The notes beneath the pieces were generated by a model. The model did not search any database, was not told the origin of the DNA, and saw only the letters and a program-made list of their open reading frames with translations. From NCBI RefSeq assembly GCF_006345805.1, contig NC_042997.1, positions 26,908,001 to 26,972,000 of the forward strand: a DNA stretch of 64,000 nt, in the 5' to 3' direction. Shown here piece after piece: positions 14,276 through 25,655 of the stretch (within the stretch, counting starts at the first letter, position 1; the number at the start of each line of letters is the position of its first letter). Origin of the DNA: Octopus sinensis (Eukaryota). The position numbers and the translations under genes are program-made.

Positions 14276-17200
14276 ATTAAGTACTAGGCTTACAAAGAAT
14301 AAGTCCTGGGGTCGATTTGCTCGACTAAAGGCGGTGCTCCAGCATGGCCACAGTCAAATGAATGAAACAAGTAAAAGAGTAAAGAGTATGTAATAAGTAC
14401 TAGGCTTACAAAGAATAAGTCCTGGGGTCGATTTGCTCGACAAAAAGGCGGTGCTTTAGCATGGCCACAGTCAAATGAATGAAACAAGTAAAAGAGTAAA
14501 GAGTATGTAATAAGTACTAGGCTTAGAAAGAATAAGTCCTGGGGTCGATTTGCTCGACTAAAGGCGGTGCTCCAGCATGGCCACAGTCAAATGAATAAAA
14601 CAAGTAAAAGAGTAAAGAGTATGTAATAAGTACTAGGCTTACAAAGAATAAGTCCTGGGGTCGATTTGCTCGACTAAAGGCGGTGCTCCAGCATGGCCAC
14701 AGTCAAATGAATGAAACAAGTAAAAGAGTAAAGAGTATGTAATAAGTACTAGGCTTACAAAGAATAAGTCCTGGGGTCGATTTGCTCGACTAAAGGCGGT
14801 GCTCCAGCATGGCCACAGTCAAATGAATAAAACAAGTAAAAGAGTAAAGAGTATGTAATAAGTACTAGGCTTACAAAGAATAAGTCCTGGGGTCGATTTG
14901 CTCGACTAAAGGCGGTGCTCCAGCATGGCCACAGTCAAATGAATGAAACAAGTAAAAGAGTAAAGAGTATGTAATAAGTACTAGGCTTACAAAGAATAAG
15001 TCCTGGGGTCGATTTGCTCGACTAAAGGCGGTGCCCCAGCATGGCCACAGTCAAATGAATGAAACAAGTAAAAGAGTAAAGAGTATGTAATAAGTACTAG
15101 GCTTACAAAGAATAAGTCCTGGGGTCGATTTGCTCGACTAAAGGCGGTGCTCCAGCATGGCCACAGTCAAATGAATGAAACAAGTAAAAGTAAAGAGTAT
15201 GTAATAAGTACTAGGCTTACAAAGAATAAGTCCTGGGGTCGATTTGCTCGACTAAAGGCGGTGCTCCAGCATGGCCACAGTCAAATGAATGAAACAAGTA
15301 AAAGAGTAAAGAGTATGTAATAATACTAGGCTTACAAAGAATAAGTCCTGGGGTCGATTTGCTCGACTAAAGGCGGTGCTCCAGCATGGCCACAGTCAAA
15401 TGAATGAAACAAGTAAAAGAGTAAAGAGTATGTAATAAGTACTAGGCTTACAAAGAATAAGTCCTGGGGTCGATTTGCTCGACTAAAGGCGGTGCTCCAG
15501 CATGGCCACAGTCAAATGAATGAAACAAGTAAAAGAGTAAAGAGTATGTAATAAGTACTAGGCTTACAAAGAATAAGTCCTGGGGTCGATTTGCTCGACT
15601 AAAGGCGGTGCTCCAGCATGGCCACAGTCAAATGAATGAAACAAGTAAAAGAGTAAAGATATGTAATAAGTACTAGGCTTACAAAGAATAAGTCCTGGGG
15701 TCGATTTGCTCGACTAAAGGCGGTGCTCCAGCATGGCCACAGTCAAATTAATGAAACAAGTAAAAGAGTAAAGAGTATGTAATAGTACTAGGCTTACAAA
15801 GAATAAGTCCTGGGGTCGATTTGCTCGACTAAAGGCGGTGCTCCAGCATGGCCACAGTCAAATGAATGAAACAAGTAAAAGAGTAAAGAGTATGTAATAA
15901 GTACTAGGCTTACAAAGAATAAGTCCTGGGGTCGATTTGCTCGACTAAAGGCGGGGTTCCAGCATGGCCACAGTCAAATGAATGAAACAAGTAAAAGTAA
16001 AGAGTATGTAATAAGTACTAGGCTTACAAAGAATAAGTCCTGGGGTCGATTTGCTCGACTAAAGGCGGTGCTCCAGCATGGCCACAGTCAAATGAATGAA
16101 ACAAGTAAAAGAGTAAAGAATATGTAATAAGTACTAGGCTTACAAAGAATAAGTCCTGGGGTCGATTTGCTCGACTAAAGGCGGTGCTCCAGCATGGCCA
16201 CAGTCAAATGAATGAAACAAGTAAAAGAGTAAAGAGTATGTAATAAGTACTAGGCTTACAAAGAATAAGTCCTGGGGTCGATTTGCTCGACTAAAGGCGG
16301 TGCTCCAGCATGGCCACAGTCAAATGAATGAAACAAGTAAAAGAGTAAAGAGTATGTAATAAGTACTAGGCTTACAAAGAATAAGTCCTGGGGTCGATTT
16401 GCTCGACTAAAGGCGGTGCTCCAGCATGGCCACAGTCAAATGAATGAAACAAGTAAAAGAGTAAAGAGTATGTAATAAGTACTAGGCTTACAAAGAATAA
16501 GTCCTGGGGTCGATTTGCTCGACTAAAGGCGGTGCTCCAGCATGGCCACAGTCAAATGAATGAAACAAGTAAAAGAGTAAAGAGTATGTAATAAGTACTA
16601 GGCTTACAAAGAATAAGTCCTGGGGTCGATTTGCTCGACTAAAGGCGGTGCCAGCATGGCCACAGTCAAATGAATGAAACAAGTAAAAGAGTAAAGAGTA
16701 TGTAATAGTACTAGGCTTACAAAGAATAAGTCCTGGGGTCGATTTGCTCGACTAAAGGCGGTGCTCCAGCATGGCCACAGTCAAATGAATGAAACAAGTA
16801 AAAGAGTAAAGAGTATGTAATAAGTACTAGGCTTACAAAGAATAAGTCCTGGGGTCGATTTGCTCGACTAAAGGCGGTGCTCCAGCATGGCACAGTCAAA
16901 TGAATGAAACAAGTAAAAGAGTAAAGAGTATGTAATAAGTACTAGGCTTACAAAGAATAAGTCCTGGGGTCGATTTGCTCGACTAAAGGCGGTGCTCCAG
17001 CATGGCCACAGTCAAATGAATGAAACAAGTAAAAGAGTAAAGAGTATGTAATAAGTACTAGGCTTACAAAGAATAAGTCCTGGGGTCGATTTGCTCGACT
17101 AAAGGCGGTGCTCCAGCATGGCCACAGTCAAATTAATGAAACAAGTAAAAGAGTAAAGAGTATGTAATAAGTACTAGGCTTACAAAGAATAAGTCCTGGG

Positions 17201-20063
17201 GTCGATTTGCTCGACTAAAGGCGGTGCTCCAGCATGGCCACAGTCAAATGAATGAAACAAGTAAAAGAGTAAAGAGTATGTAATAAGTACTAGGCTTACA
17301 AAGAATAAGTCCTGGGGTCGATTTGCTCGACTAAAGGCGGTGTTCCAGCATGGCCACAGTCAAATGAATGAAACAAGTAAAAGAGGAAAGAGTATGTAAT
17401 AAGTACTAGGCTTACAAAGAATAAGTCCTGGGGTCGATTTGCTCGACTAAAGGCGGTGCTCCAGCATGGCCACAGTCAAATGAATGAAACAAGTAAAAGA
17501 GTAAAGAATATGTAATAAGTACTAGGCTTACAAAGAATAAGTCCTGGGGTCGATTTGCTCGACTAAGGCGGTGCTCCAGCATGGCCACAGTCAAATGAAT
17601 GAAACAAGTAAAAGAGTAAGAGTATGTAATAAGTACTAGGCTTACAAAGAATAAGTCCTGGGGTCGATTTGCTCGACTAAAGGCGGTGCTCCAGCATGGC
17701 CACAGTCAAATGAATGAAACAAGTAAAAGAGTAAAGAGTATGTAATAAGTACTAGGCTTACAAAGAATAAGTCCTGGGGTCGATTTGCTCGACTAAAGGC
17801 GGTGCTCCAGCATGGCCACAGTCAAATGAATGAAACAAGTAAAAGAGTAAAGAGTATGTAATAAGTACTAGGCTTACAAAGAATAAGTCCTGGGGTCGAT
17901 TTGCTCGACTAAAGGCGGTTCTCCAGCATGGCCACAGTCAATGAATGAAACAAGTAAAAGAGTAAAGAATATGTAATAAGTACTAGGCTTACAAAGAATA
18001 AGTCCTGGGGTCGATTTGCTCGACTAAAGGCGGTGCTCCAGCATGGCCACAGTCAAATGAATGAAACAAGTAAAAGAGTAAAGAGTATGTAATAAGTACT
18101 AGGCTTACAAAGAATAAGTCCTGGGGTCGATTTGCTCGACTAAAGGCGGTGCTCCAGCATGGCCACAGTCAAATGAATGAAACAAGTAAAAGTAAAAGAG
18201 TAAAGAGTATGTAATAAGTACTAGGCTTACAAAGAATAAGTCCTGGGGTCGATTTGCTCGACTAAAGGCGGTGCTCCAGCATGGCCACAGTCAAATGAAT
18301 GAAACAAGTAAAAGAGTAAAGAATATGTAATAAGTACTAGGCTTACAAAGAATAAGTCCTGGGGTCGATTTGCTCGACTAAAGGCGGTGCTCCAGCATGG
18401 CCACAGTCAAATGAATGAAACAAGTAAAAGAGTAAAGAGTATGTAATAAGTACTAGGCTTACAAAGAATAAGTCTGGGGTCGATTTGCTCGACTAAAGGC
18501 GGTGCTCCAGCATGGCCACAGTCAAATGAATGAAACAAGTAAAAGAGTAAAGAGTATGTAATAAGTACTAGGCTTACAAAGAATAAGTCCTGGGGTCGAT
18601 TTGCTCGACTAAAGGCGGTTGGTCTAGCATGGCCACAGTCAAATGAATGAAACAAGTAAAAGAGTAAAGAGTATGTAATAAGTACTAGGCTTACAAAGAA
18701 TAAGTCCTGGGGTCGATTTGGTCGAAAGGCGGTGCTCCAGCATGGCCACAGTCAAATGAATGAACAAGTAAAAGAGTAAAGAATATGTAATAAGTACTAG
18801 GCTTACAAAGAATAAGTCCTGGGGTCGATTTGCTCGACTAAAGGCGGTGCTCCAGCATGGCCACAGTCAAATGAATGAAACAAGTAAAAGAGTAAAGAGT
18901 ATGTAATAAGTACTAGGCTTACAAAGAATAAGTCCTGGGGTCGATTTGCTCGACTAAAGGCGGTGCTCCAGCATGGCCACAGTCAAATGAATGAAACAAG
19001 TAAAAGAGTAAAGAGTATGTAATAAGTACTAGGCTTACAAAGAATAAGTCCTGGGGTCGATTTGCTCGACTAAAGGCGGTGCTCCAGCATGGCCACAGTC
19101 AAATGAATGAAACAAGTAAAAGAGTAAAGAGTATGTAATAAGTACTAGGCTTACAAAGAATAAGTCCTGGGGTCGATTTGCTCGACTAAAGGCGGTGCTC
19201 CAGCATGGCCACAGTCAAATGAATAAAACAAGTAAAAGAGTAAAGAGTATGTAATAAGTACTAGGCTTACAAAGAATATAGTCCTGGGGTCGATTTGCTC
19301 GACTAAAGGCGGTGCTCCAGCATGGCCACAGTCAAATGAATGAAACAAGTAAAAGAGTAAAGAGTATGTAATAAGTACTAGGCTTACAAAGAATAAGTCC
19401 TGGGGTCGATTTGCTCGACTAAAGGCGGTGCTCCAGCATGGCCACAGTCAAATGAATGAAACAAGTAAAAGAGTAAAGAGTATGTAATAAGTACTAGGCT
19501 TACAAAGAATAAGTCCTGGGGTCGATTTGCTCGACTAAAGGCGGTGCTCCAGCATGGCCACAGTCAAATGAATGAAACAAGTAAAAGAGTAAAGAGTATG
19601 TAATAAGTACTAGGCTTACAAAGAATAAGTCCTGGGGTCGATTTGCTCGACTAAAGGCGGTGCTCCAGCATGGCCACAGTCAAATGAATGAAACAAGTAA
19701 AAGAGTAAAGAGTATGTAATAAGTACTAGGCTACAAAGAATAAGTCCTGGGGTCGATTTGCTCGACTAAAGGCGGTGCTCTAGCATGGCCACAGTCAAAT
19801 GAATGAAACAAGTAAAAGAGTAAAGAGTATGTAATAAGTACTAGGCTTACAAAGAATAAGTCCTGGTCGATTTGCTCGACTAAAGGCGGTGCTCCAGCAT
19901 GGCCACAGTCAAATGAATGAAACAAGTAAAAGAGTAAAGAGTATGTAATAAGTACTAGGCTTACAAAGAATAAGTCCTGGGGTCGATTTGCTCGACTAAA
20001 GGCGGTGCCCCAGCATGGCCACAGTCAAATTAATGAAACAAGTAAAAGAGTAAAGAGTATGTA
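14160..20063 (+). repeat. Tandem array of ~51 x 116-bp units equal to the SINE 3' tail
   Basis: Unit ATAAGTACTAGGCTTACAAAGAATAAGTCCTGGGGTCGATTTGCTCGACTAAAGGCGGTGCTCCAGCATGGCCACAGTCAAATGAATGAAACAAGTAAAAGAGTAAAGAGTATGTA (116 nt); 5904/116 = ~51. Confidence 0.98.
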
Positions 20064-20315
20064 AATTGTTGTTTAAAAGACGGGCAAACCAAACTACACT
20101 TTTAGGCAAAGAATTAAATGCAGAAACTGGAATTAATATTGCGCTAATACACGCGTGCGCGCGTGATTGCGTAAGTGCGTGTTTGTGCATGCACATACTT
20201 GTCCGTGAGTGTATGTGTTTCTGTAAGTTTCCCTACATGGCGTGGCATGCTTCTCTTTTTCAGTACATATCAAATTAGAATGATTTCATTAATATCAGCT
20301 TACTTTGAACATGTA

Positions 20316-20741
20316 TACTCTTTTACTCTTTTACTCTTTTAATATTTTACTTGTTTCAGTCATTTGACTGCGGCCATGCTGGAGCACCGCCTTTAGTCGA
20401 GCAAATCGACCCCGGGACGTATTCTTTGTAAGCCCAGTACTTATTCTATCGGTCTCTTTTTGCCGAACCGCTAAGTGACGGGGACGTAAACACACCAGCA
20501 TCGGTTGTCAAGCAATGCTAGAGGGACAAACACAGACACACAAACATATACAAACACATACATACATATACATATATACGACAGGCTTCTTTCAGTTTCC
20601 GTCTACCAAATCAACTCACAAGGCATTGGTCGGCCCGAGGCTATAGCAAAAGACACTTGCCCAAGATGTCACGCAGTGGGACTGAACCCAGAACCATGTG
20701 GTTGGTTAGCAAGCTACTTACCACATAGCCACTCCTGCGCC
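20316..20741 (-). mobile_element. Full-length SINE of the same family, tail-to-tail with the array
   Basis: Reverse complement of the 13865 family from head to (AAAAGAGT)n tail. Confidence 0.93.
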
Positions 20742-22025
20742 TATGTATATCTATAAATAACGACGTTCCTGACTTGTCGAAACGTCGTTTTGGGTCAGGT
20801 AACGTAAATTCGAGATTATATTACCCAGTGTGTTATTCTATTTTTCTGAGATGACAGATTGTGATTTAAAATGATATGTGACTTCTATATCAAGCAGATT
20901 GAGAAAACTCTAGTGCTGATGTATATATGCAGCTTCAGAAAATGTGCTAATGTAGATTAACAACGCATAATGTCAAAAGTTTTTCAAATTAAGATAGCTG
21001 TACTGGTCATTAATCGTACTGCTCATCAAACAATATGATAAATTATCAAGTTTTATGATCGGTGATGTAATTTGCTAAAATTTACTGAAATTTTTCATCC
21101 TGAACGATCGTACTTAGGATGTACTTTATATCTAGCTTGTATTCTCTAAACAGATAAAGTTGAACCAATTAAAAATATAGCAATAATATGCTGTACCGTG
21201 TTAGATTCCTATTCTAAAATGTGCTAAAATGTAACAGAGTTCTCACATACATAATCCGTGATAAATATCGAAAATGAACGAAATTTTACGAATACTAAAA
21301 AAATTGCCAATCACTAATTTCGTTTAAAGAATGGCCGTGTACTTACCATGAAATATGTTAAGCTGTCAATCACAGAAACATTTAATGAAACCTTAAGATT
21401 ATCATATACTCGCAAATCTATATCGACTACTAATCAATAAATGGCTTCTGTAAATAAGTTTTTATGACGGTAAATCATATCTACTAAACGTCTTTAGGTA
21501 CACCACTGACAACAAACTGTCATGAAACACTTCTACATAAGAAATTACAAATTATGTACAATAAATGGTAAATTAATGAAAACGTCAGGCTCTTGAAGTA
21601 TATATTATGCGTGTGGACATACACTAAATGAATCATCTTATGTTTTTGATTCTTTGGAAATTGTGCCTCGCAATATGCATGAGTCAAAATAATGCAGGAC
21701 AGAAGAGTGTAAACGATTTAAAAACGATTTTATTTTGTTTTGTTCCATTTCCGATAAAGCAATTGAAGGGAAGAACATAAAATAGGGAGGCTGTACTGTT
21801 TCTCTTACTTACAGAAGTTCAAACATTTGCTTAGTAACCATTATTATTATTTGTGTGTGTGTGTGTGTGTGTGTGTTTGTTTGCTTGTGTATGAGTATTT
21901 GTTTGTGTTTGCTTGTGTGTGTGTTTGTGTGTGTGTAATGTAACTCGTCCTTCGATACTGTCCCCCGTGTCTCGAGCCCTTGTAACCAATACAAGAAATA
22001 ATCATCGTCATCTTCGTCATCATCA

Positions 22026-22077
<52 letters not shown>

Positions 22078-22079
<2 letters not shown>

Positions 22080-23068
22080 GAAGACTCACAACTTATGTTG
22101 CTGGGTATGATGGAAAGTGCCAGATGTCCATAGCCAGCAGAATAAGGTGACACTTGTTTACTGGTCATGCTTCAAGAACCCTTGCGAAGAATTCTTGCAG
22201 TTCCAAGCAATGCTAATTTTTTGTAGGTGTTCATACTTGCACCGATCTTTTACAGACATGCTGGTACTTGAGAGCTGATACTTCCAAGGTCACCAATTGC
22301 TATTGGTATCACATCTTCTCTCTTCATAGACCACATCCTTCGTATTTCCCACTTTAAATCGTCATTGGTGTTTATCTTTTCTTCTTTCACATTGATCTTA
22401 CTGTCACTGGGGCATGCTATGTCGATAATCATACATATTCTTTCTTCTTTATTTACCTCAACAATATCTGGTTTCTGTTGTCTGGCCAGGTGATCGCATT
22501 GGATCATTACATCCTAAAGGATTTTGCAGCCTTCATTTTCGTTGACTCCTTCTGGGGTTTGTTCATACCACGTTTTTGCTCTTTGTAGCCTGTGTTTTCC
22601 ACAGAGCTCCCAATGGATCGTCCATGCCACATTGTCATGGTGTCGTTTGTATTCGCGTTGTGCTAATTTTGTGTATTCGCTAACGATGTGGACTACCGTT
22701 TCAACCCCATCACCACCCATTCTGCATTTGTCGCTATCTGTAATGTTGTCAATTATGCACATCATATAATTGGTTCTTAACGCTTGTTCCTGATCTGCGC
22801 TTATGAGGGCTTCTGTCTCTATCTTCAGGTCGTTCATCCTCATCCATAGCCACCGGTCCTCTGTATCTGTCTTGGCGTTCACATCTCCTGAAAACTGACC
22901 GTACATTTTTTCCTTCCATGCATTTTCTATTTTTTCTTCATTTCTTGCTTAAATTTTTCTTTAGTTACGCAATGTTCAGCTTTGATGACGCCGGCCTTCT
23001 TCGTGTGTTTCAGCAGTGGCTCCACGGCATTCTTCATATATACAACCCTAGGCTATTTTCCTCTACGA
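22078..23068 (-). pseudogene. 5'-truncated R4/Dong-like non-LTR retrotransposon (thumb, CCHC finger, RLE endonuclease), frameshifted
   Basis: ORFs 22514..22906 (ETEALISADQEQALRTNY, KCRM..ETVVHIVS, EYKRHHDNVAWTIHWELC) and 22250..22507 (KPDIVEVNKEERICMIIDIACP = PD..D RLE); C-terminus LALLGTARILRK; (TAA)n tail at 22028-22077. Confidence 0.85.
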
Positions 23069-23235
23069 CTCCACGGCATTTTTATATACCACCCTAGGCT
23101 ATTTTCCTCAGTGACTCCACAGCATTTATATATACCACCCTAGACTGTTTCCTTCAGAGGCTCCACGGCGTTTGCTATATACCATCCTAGGCTGTTTTCT
23201 TCAGTAGCTCTACAGCATTTTTTATATACCGCTCT
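23020..23235 (-). repeat. ~4.5 x 46-49-bp minisatellite made of LINE coding sequence
   Basis: Units start at 23020, 23069, 23115, 23161, 23208; the reverse complement reads EENSLGWYIKNAVE, continuous with the LINE frame MKNAVEPLLKHTKK. Confidence 0.85.
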
Positions 23236-23237
23236 AA

Positions 23238-23388
23238 TTATTATTATTATTGTTGTTATTTATTATTATTATTATTTATTATTATTACTATTATTACTAT
23301 TATTATTGTTATTTATTGTTATTACTATTATTACTATAATTTTTATTATTATTATTTTTTTATTATTAGTATTTTATTATTATTATTA

Positions 23389-23452
<64 letters not shown>
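23238..23452. repeat. (TTA)n microsatellite
   Basis: Direct reading. Confidence 0.97.
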
Positions 23453-23453
<1 letters not shown>

Positions 23454-23615
23454 TATGTTTGATTTTTGCTTTATATTTGTACAAGTTGGCTCCAAGTCTC
23501 ACCTAGAGACCTCAAGAGACAACAGGTTGGAAGTTCATGTTGTTCTTATGCCTAGTGTGCCATATATATATATTTTTTGGTGTTGTATTATTATTATTAT
23601 TATTATTATTTATTA

Positions 23616-23671
<56 letters not shown>

Positions 23672-23805
23672 TATGTTTGATTTTTGCTTTATATTTGTAC
23701 AAGTTGGCTCCAAGTCTCACCTAGAGACCTCAAGAGACAACAGGTTGGAAGTTCATGTTGTTCTTATGCCTAGTGTGCCATATATATATATTTTTTGGTG
23801 TTGTA
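23453..23805 (-). repeat. Two identical 135-bp segments (23453-23587, 23671-23805) separated by (TTA)n; probable retroelement 3' UTR stubs
   Basis: Base-for-base identical by eye, period 218; the reverse complement ends ...AAATCAAACATAG(AAT)n. Confidence 0.75.
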
Positions 23806-23839
23806 TTATTATTATATTATTATTATTATTATTATTATT

Positions 23840-24390
23840 GAGTGAGAGAGCAGTTCATGCCATCAAAGTGACACTGGGGTACAAATATACGAAACCCAGT
23901 ATACCCATCATGACTACCCGTCTGATAAGGGTACACCAGGCACATGCATCACAACCATATGTGCACGACATGGTGATCTCATAACAAGATAAACAGCGCA
24001 TGACCTTGCGGGTGGGGCCCAGTTAGAATTTTCTTGTGGTTGGGTAACCCATCCCACTCAAAAGGTCCCTGATTAAGGGTTGTTTAAGGATGTTGAATGA
24101 AACACCCATGTTTCCAGAGGTGAATCATTCAAACCCCAAAGAATCCCTCTCAACACATGGCTATGATGCTCCCCCACTACTTCTACTCATGATCAGAGAT
24201 GCACATATCGTTAGCCACTAAGGGACATGCTCAATTGGTTACGGTCAAACAACTGACAAGCAAATCTGTGGTATTGAGCAGAATATTTGCTGTAGCCCAT
24301 CTTTTATACCAATATACAAACAACGTACATGATAACACTCCCAGTCAGTTAAGATCAGAAGCCATGAGAGCCGCTGCCTGGTATTGCATC
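23840..24390 (-). mobile_element. ~550-bp non-coding interspersed element between (TTA)n runs
   Basis: Higher-GC non-coding block; the reverse complement ends ...GCTCTCTCACTC(AAT)n. I recall it as an abundant octopus repeat; class unverified. Confidence 0.55.
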
Positions 24391-24416
24391 TATTATTATT
24401 ATTATTATTATTATTA

Positions 24417-25142
24417 CTTTTTTTTTTTTCTTCTTTCAAATTTTCTTCCATTTCTTGCCGAGTGTCTTCCCGACTCCTAGGGCAAAGAAACTCATAGTGT
24501 ATATTGGTAGGCCATTAAACCAAACTCAGTAGTTCGTTCATTTTTTTTTTTTTTTTTTTAAAGTTAAATTAAAATACATGAGCAGCAACAGTTCTCACAT
24601 CGACAATGCTCTTCTCAATACGTGTGATGTACCAGTTAAGACAATCTTTTGCACTTCTTGCAGGGATGGTAAGCCAGGGATCATTCTCATATAATTTTCG
24701 GTTCCCTTCTTGATCATTCCTAGTGCTCCTACGATCACTGGTATTGTAACCGCCTTGAGATGCCACATTTTCTCAATTTCAATGAGTAGGTCTTTATATT
24801 TTCTGAGCTTGTCAAACTCCTTCGCTGAGATATTATGATCACAGCGGATGCTCATGTCGATCAATAAGCAAACTTTATTGTTTTGGTCTTTCACAACAAT
24901 ATCTGGTTTATTGGCCTTGATGGTTCGGTCTGTATGTACTGGAAAGTCCCACAGAATGGTTACATTTTCTCCTTCAGTTACAGCCTCAGGGTGGTGATTA
25001 TACCACTTGTCGGCAGTTTTGATATTGTAATGCCGACTTATTAGCCAGTGGAGATATTGGCCAACTCTGTCATGTCTTAATTTATACTCCACTGGTGCTA
25101 AAACTTTACATCCAGAGATTAGGTGGTTCACTGTTTCAATCT
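24417..25142 (-). mobile_element. Young 5'-truncated R4/Dong-like LINE; uninterrupted 178-aa C-terminus (half CCHC + RLE)
   Basis: ORF 24595..25131: NHLISGCKVLAPVEYKLRHDRVGQYLHW, ILWDFPVHTDRTIKANKPDIVVKD, CLLIDMS, KYKDLLIEIEKMW, IPVIVGALG, VLTGTSHVLRRALSM*; (TTA)n on both sides. Confidence 0.92.
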
Positions 25143-25143
25143 A

Positions 25144-25216
<73 letters not shown>

Positions 25217-25302
25217 TATTATTATCATTATTATTATTATTATTATTATTATCATCATCATTATTATTTTCATCATTATTATTATTATTATTATCATTAT
25301 TA

Positions 25303-25333
<31 letters not shown>

Positions 25334-25350
25334 CATTATTATCATTATTA

Positions 25351-25402
<52 letters not shown>

Positions 25403-25445
25403 CATCATCATCATCATCATAATCATCATTATTTTTATTATTATT
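25143..25445. repeat. (TTA/TCA)n microsatellite, ~300 bp
   Basis: Direct reading. Confidence 0.97.
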
Positions 25446-25446
25446 A

Positions 25447-25655
25447 AGGTAACGAAATGCGATGGGCTGTCAGAATCGTTAGCAGCATTGCTTTCGATTA
25501 TTTACGTTTTGAGTTCAAAACCACTCAAATGCGACTTTACCTTTAATCCTTTCATAGACAGTAAAATAAAGTGCTGAGCAAATACTGAATTCGATGGTGT
25601 TGACTGCCTCTCCGCCCTCAAAAGCTATTGAACTTGAATCTAAATTAGAAGCAAT
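25447..25655 (+). mobile_element. Degenerate OR-type SINE
   Basis: GCTGTCAGAATCGTTAGC...TACGTTTTGAGTTCAAAA...CGACTTTACCTTTAATCCTTTC, homologous to 45264/45489. Confidence 0.6.

Noticed and set aside
14160-20063. CRISPR-like array
   Set aside because: Units are wholly repeated with no unique spacers, the context is eukaryotic, and the sequence derives from a SINE.
14012-20196. Repeated MFHSFDCGHAG... ORFs
   Set aside because: Antisense translations of the non-coding SINE tail.
20757-20791. AACGACGTT-CCTGACTTGTCGA-AACGTCGTT as a hammerhead
   Set aside because: The CUGAUGA core is incomplete; it is better explained as a simple 9-bp hairpin.
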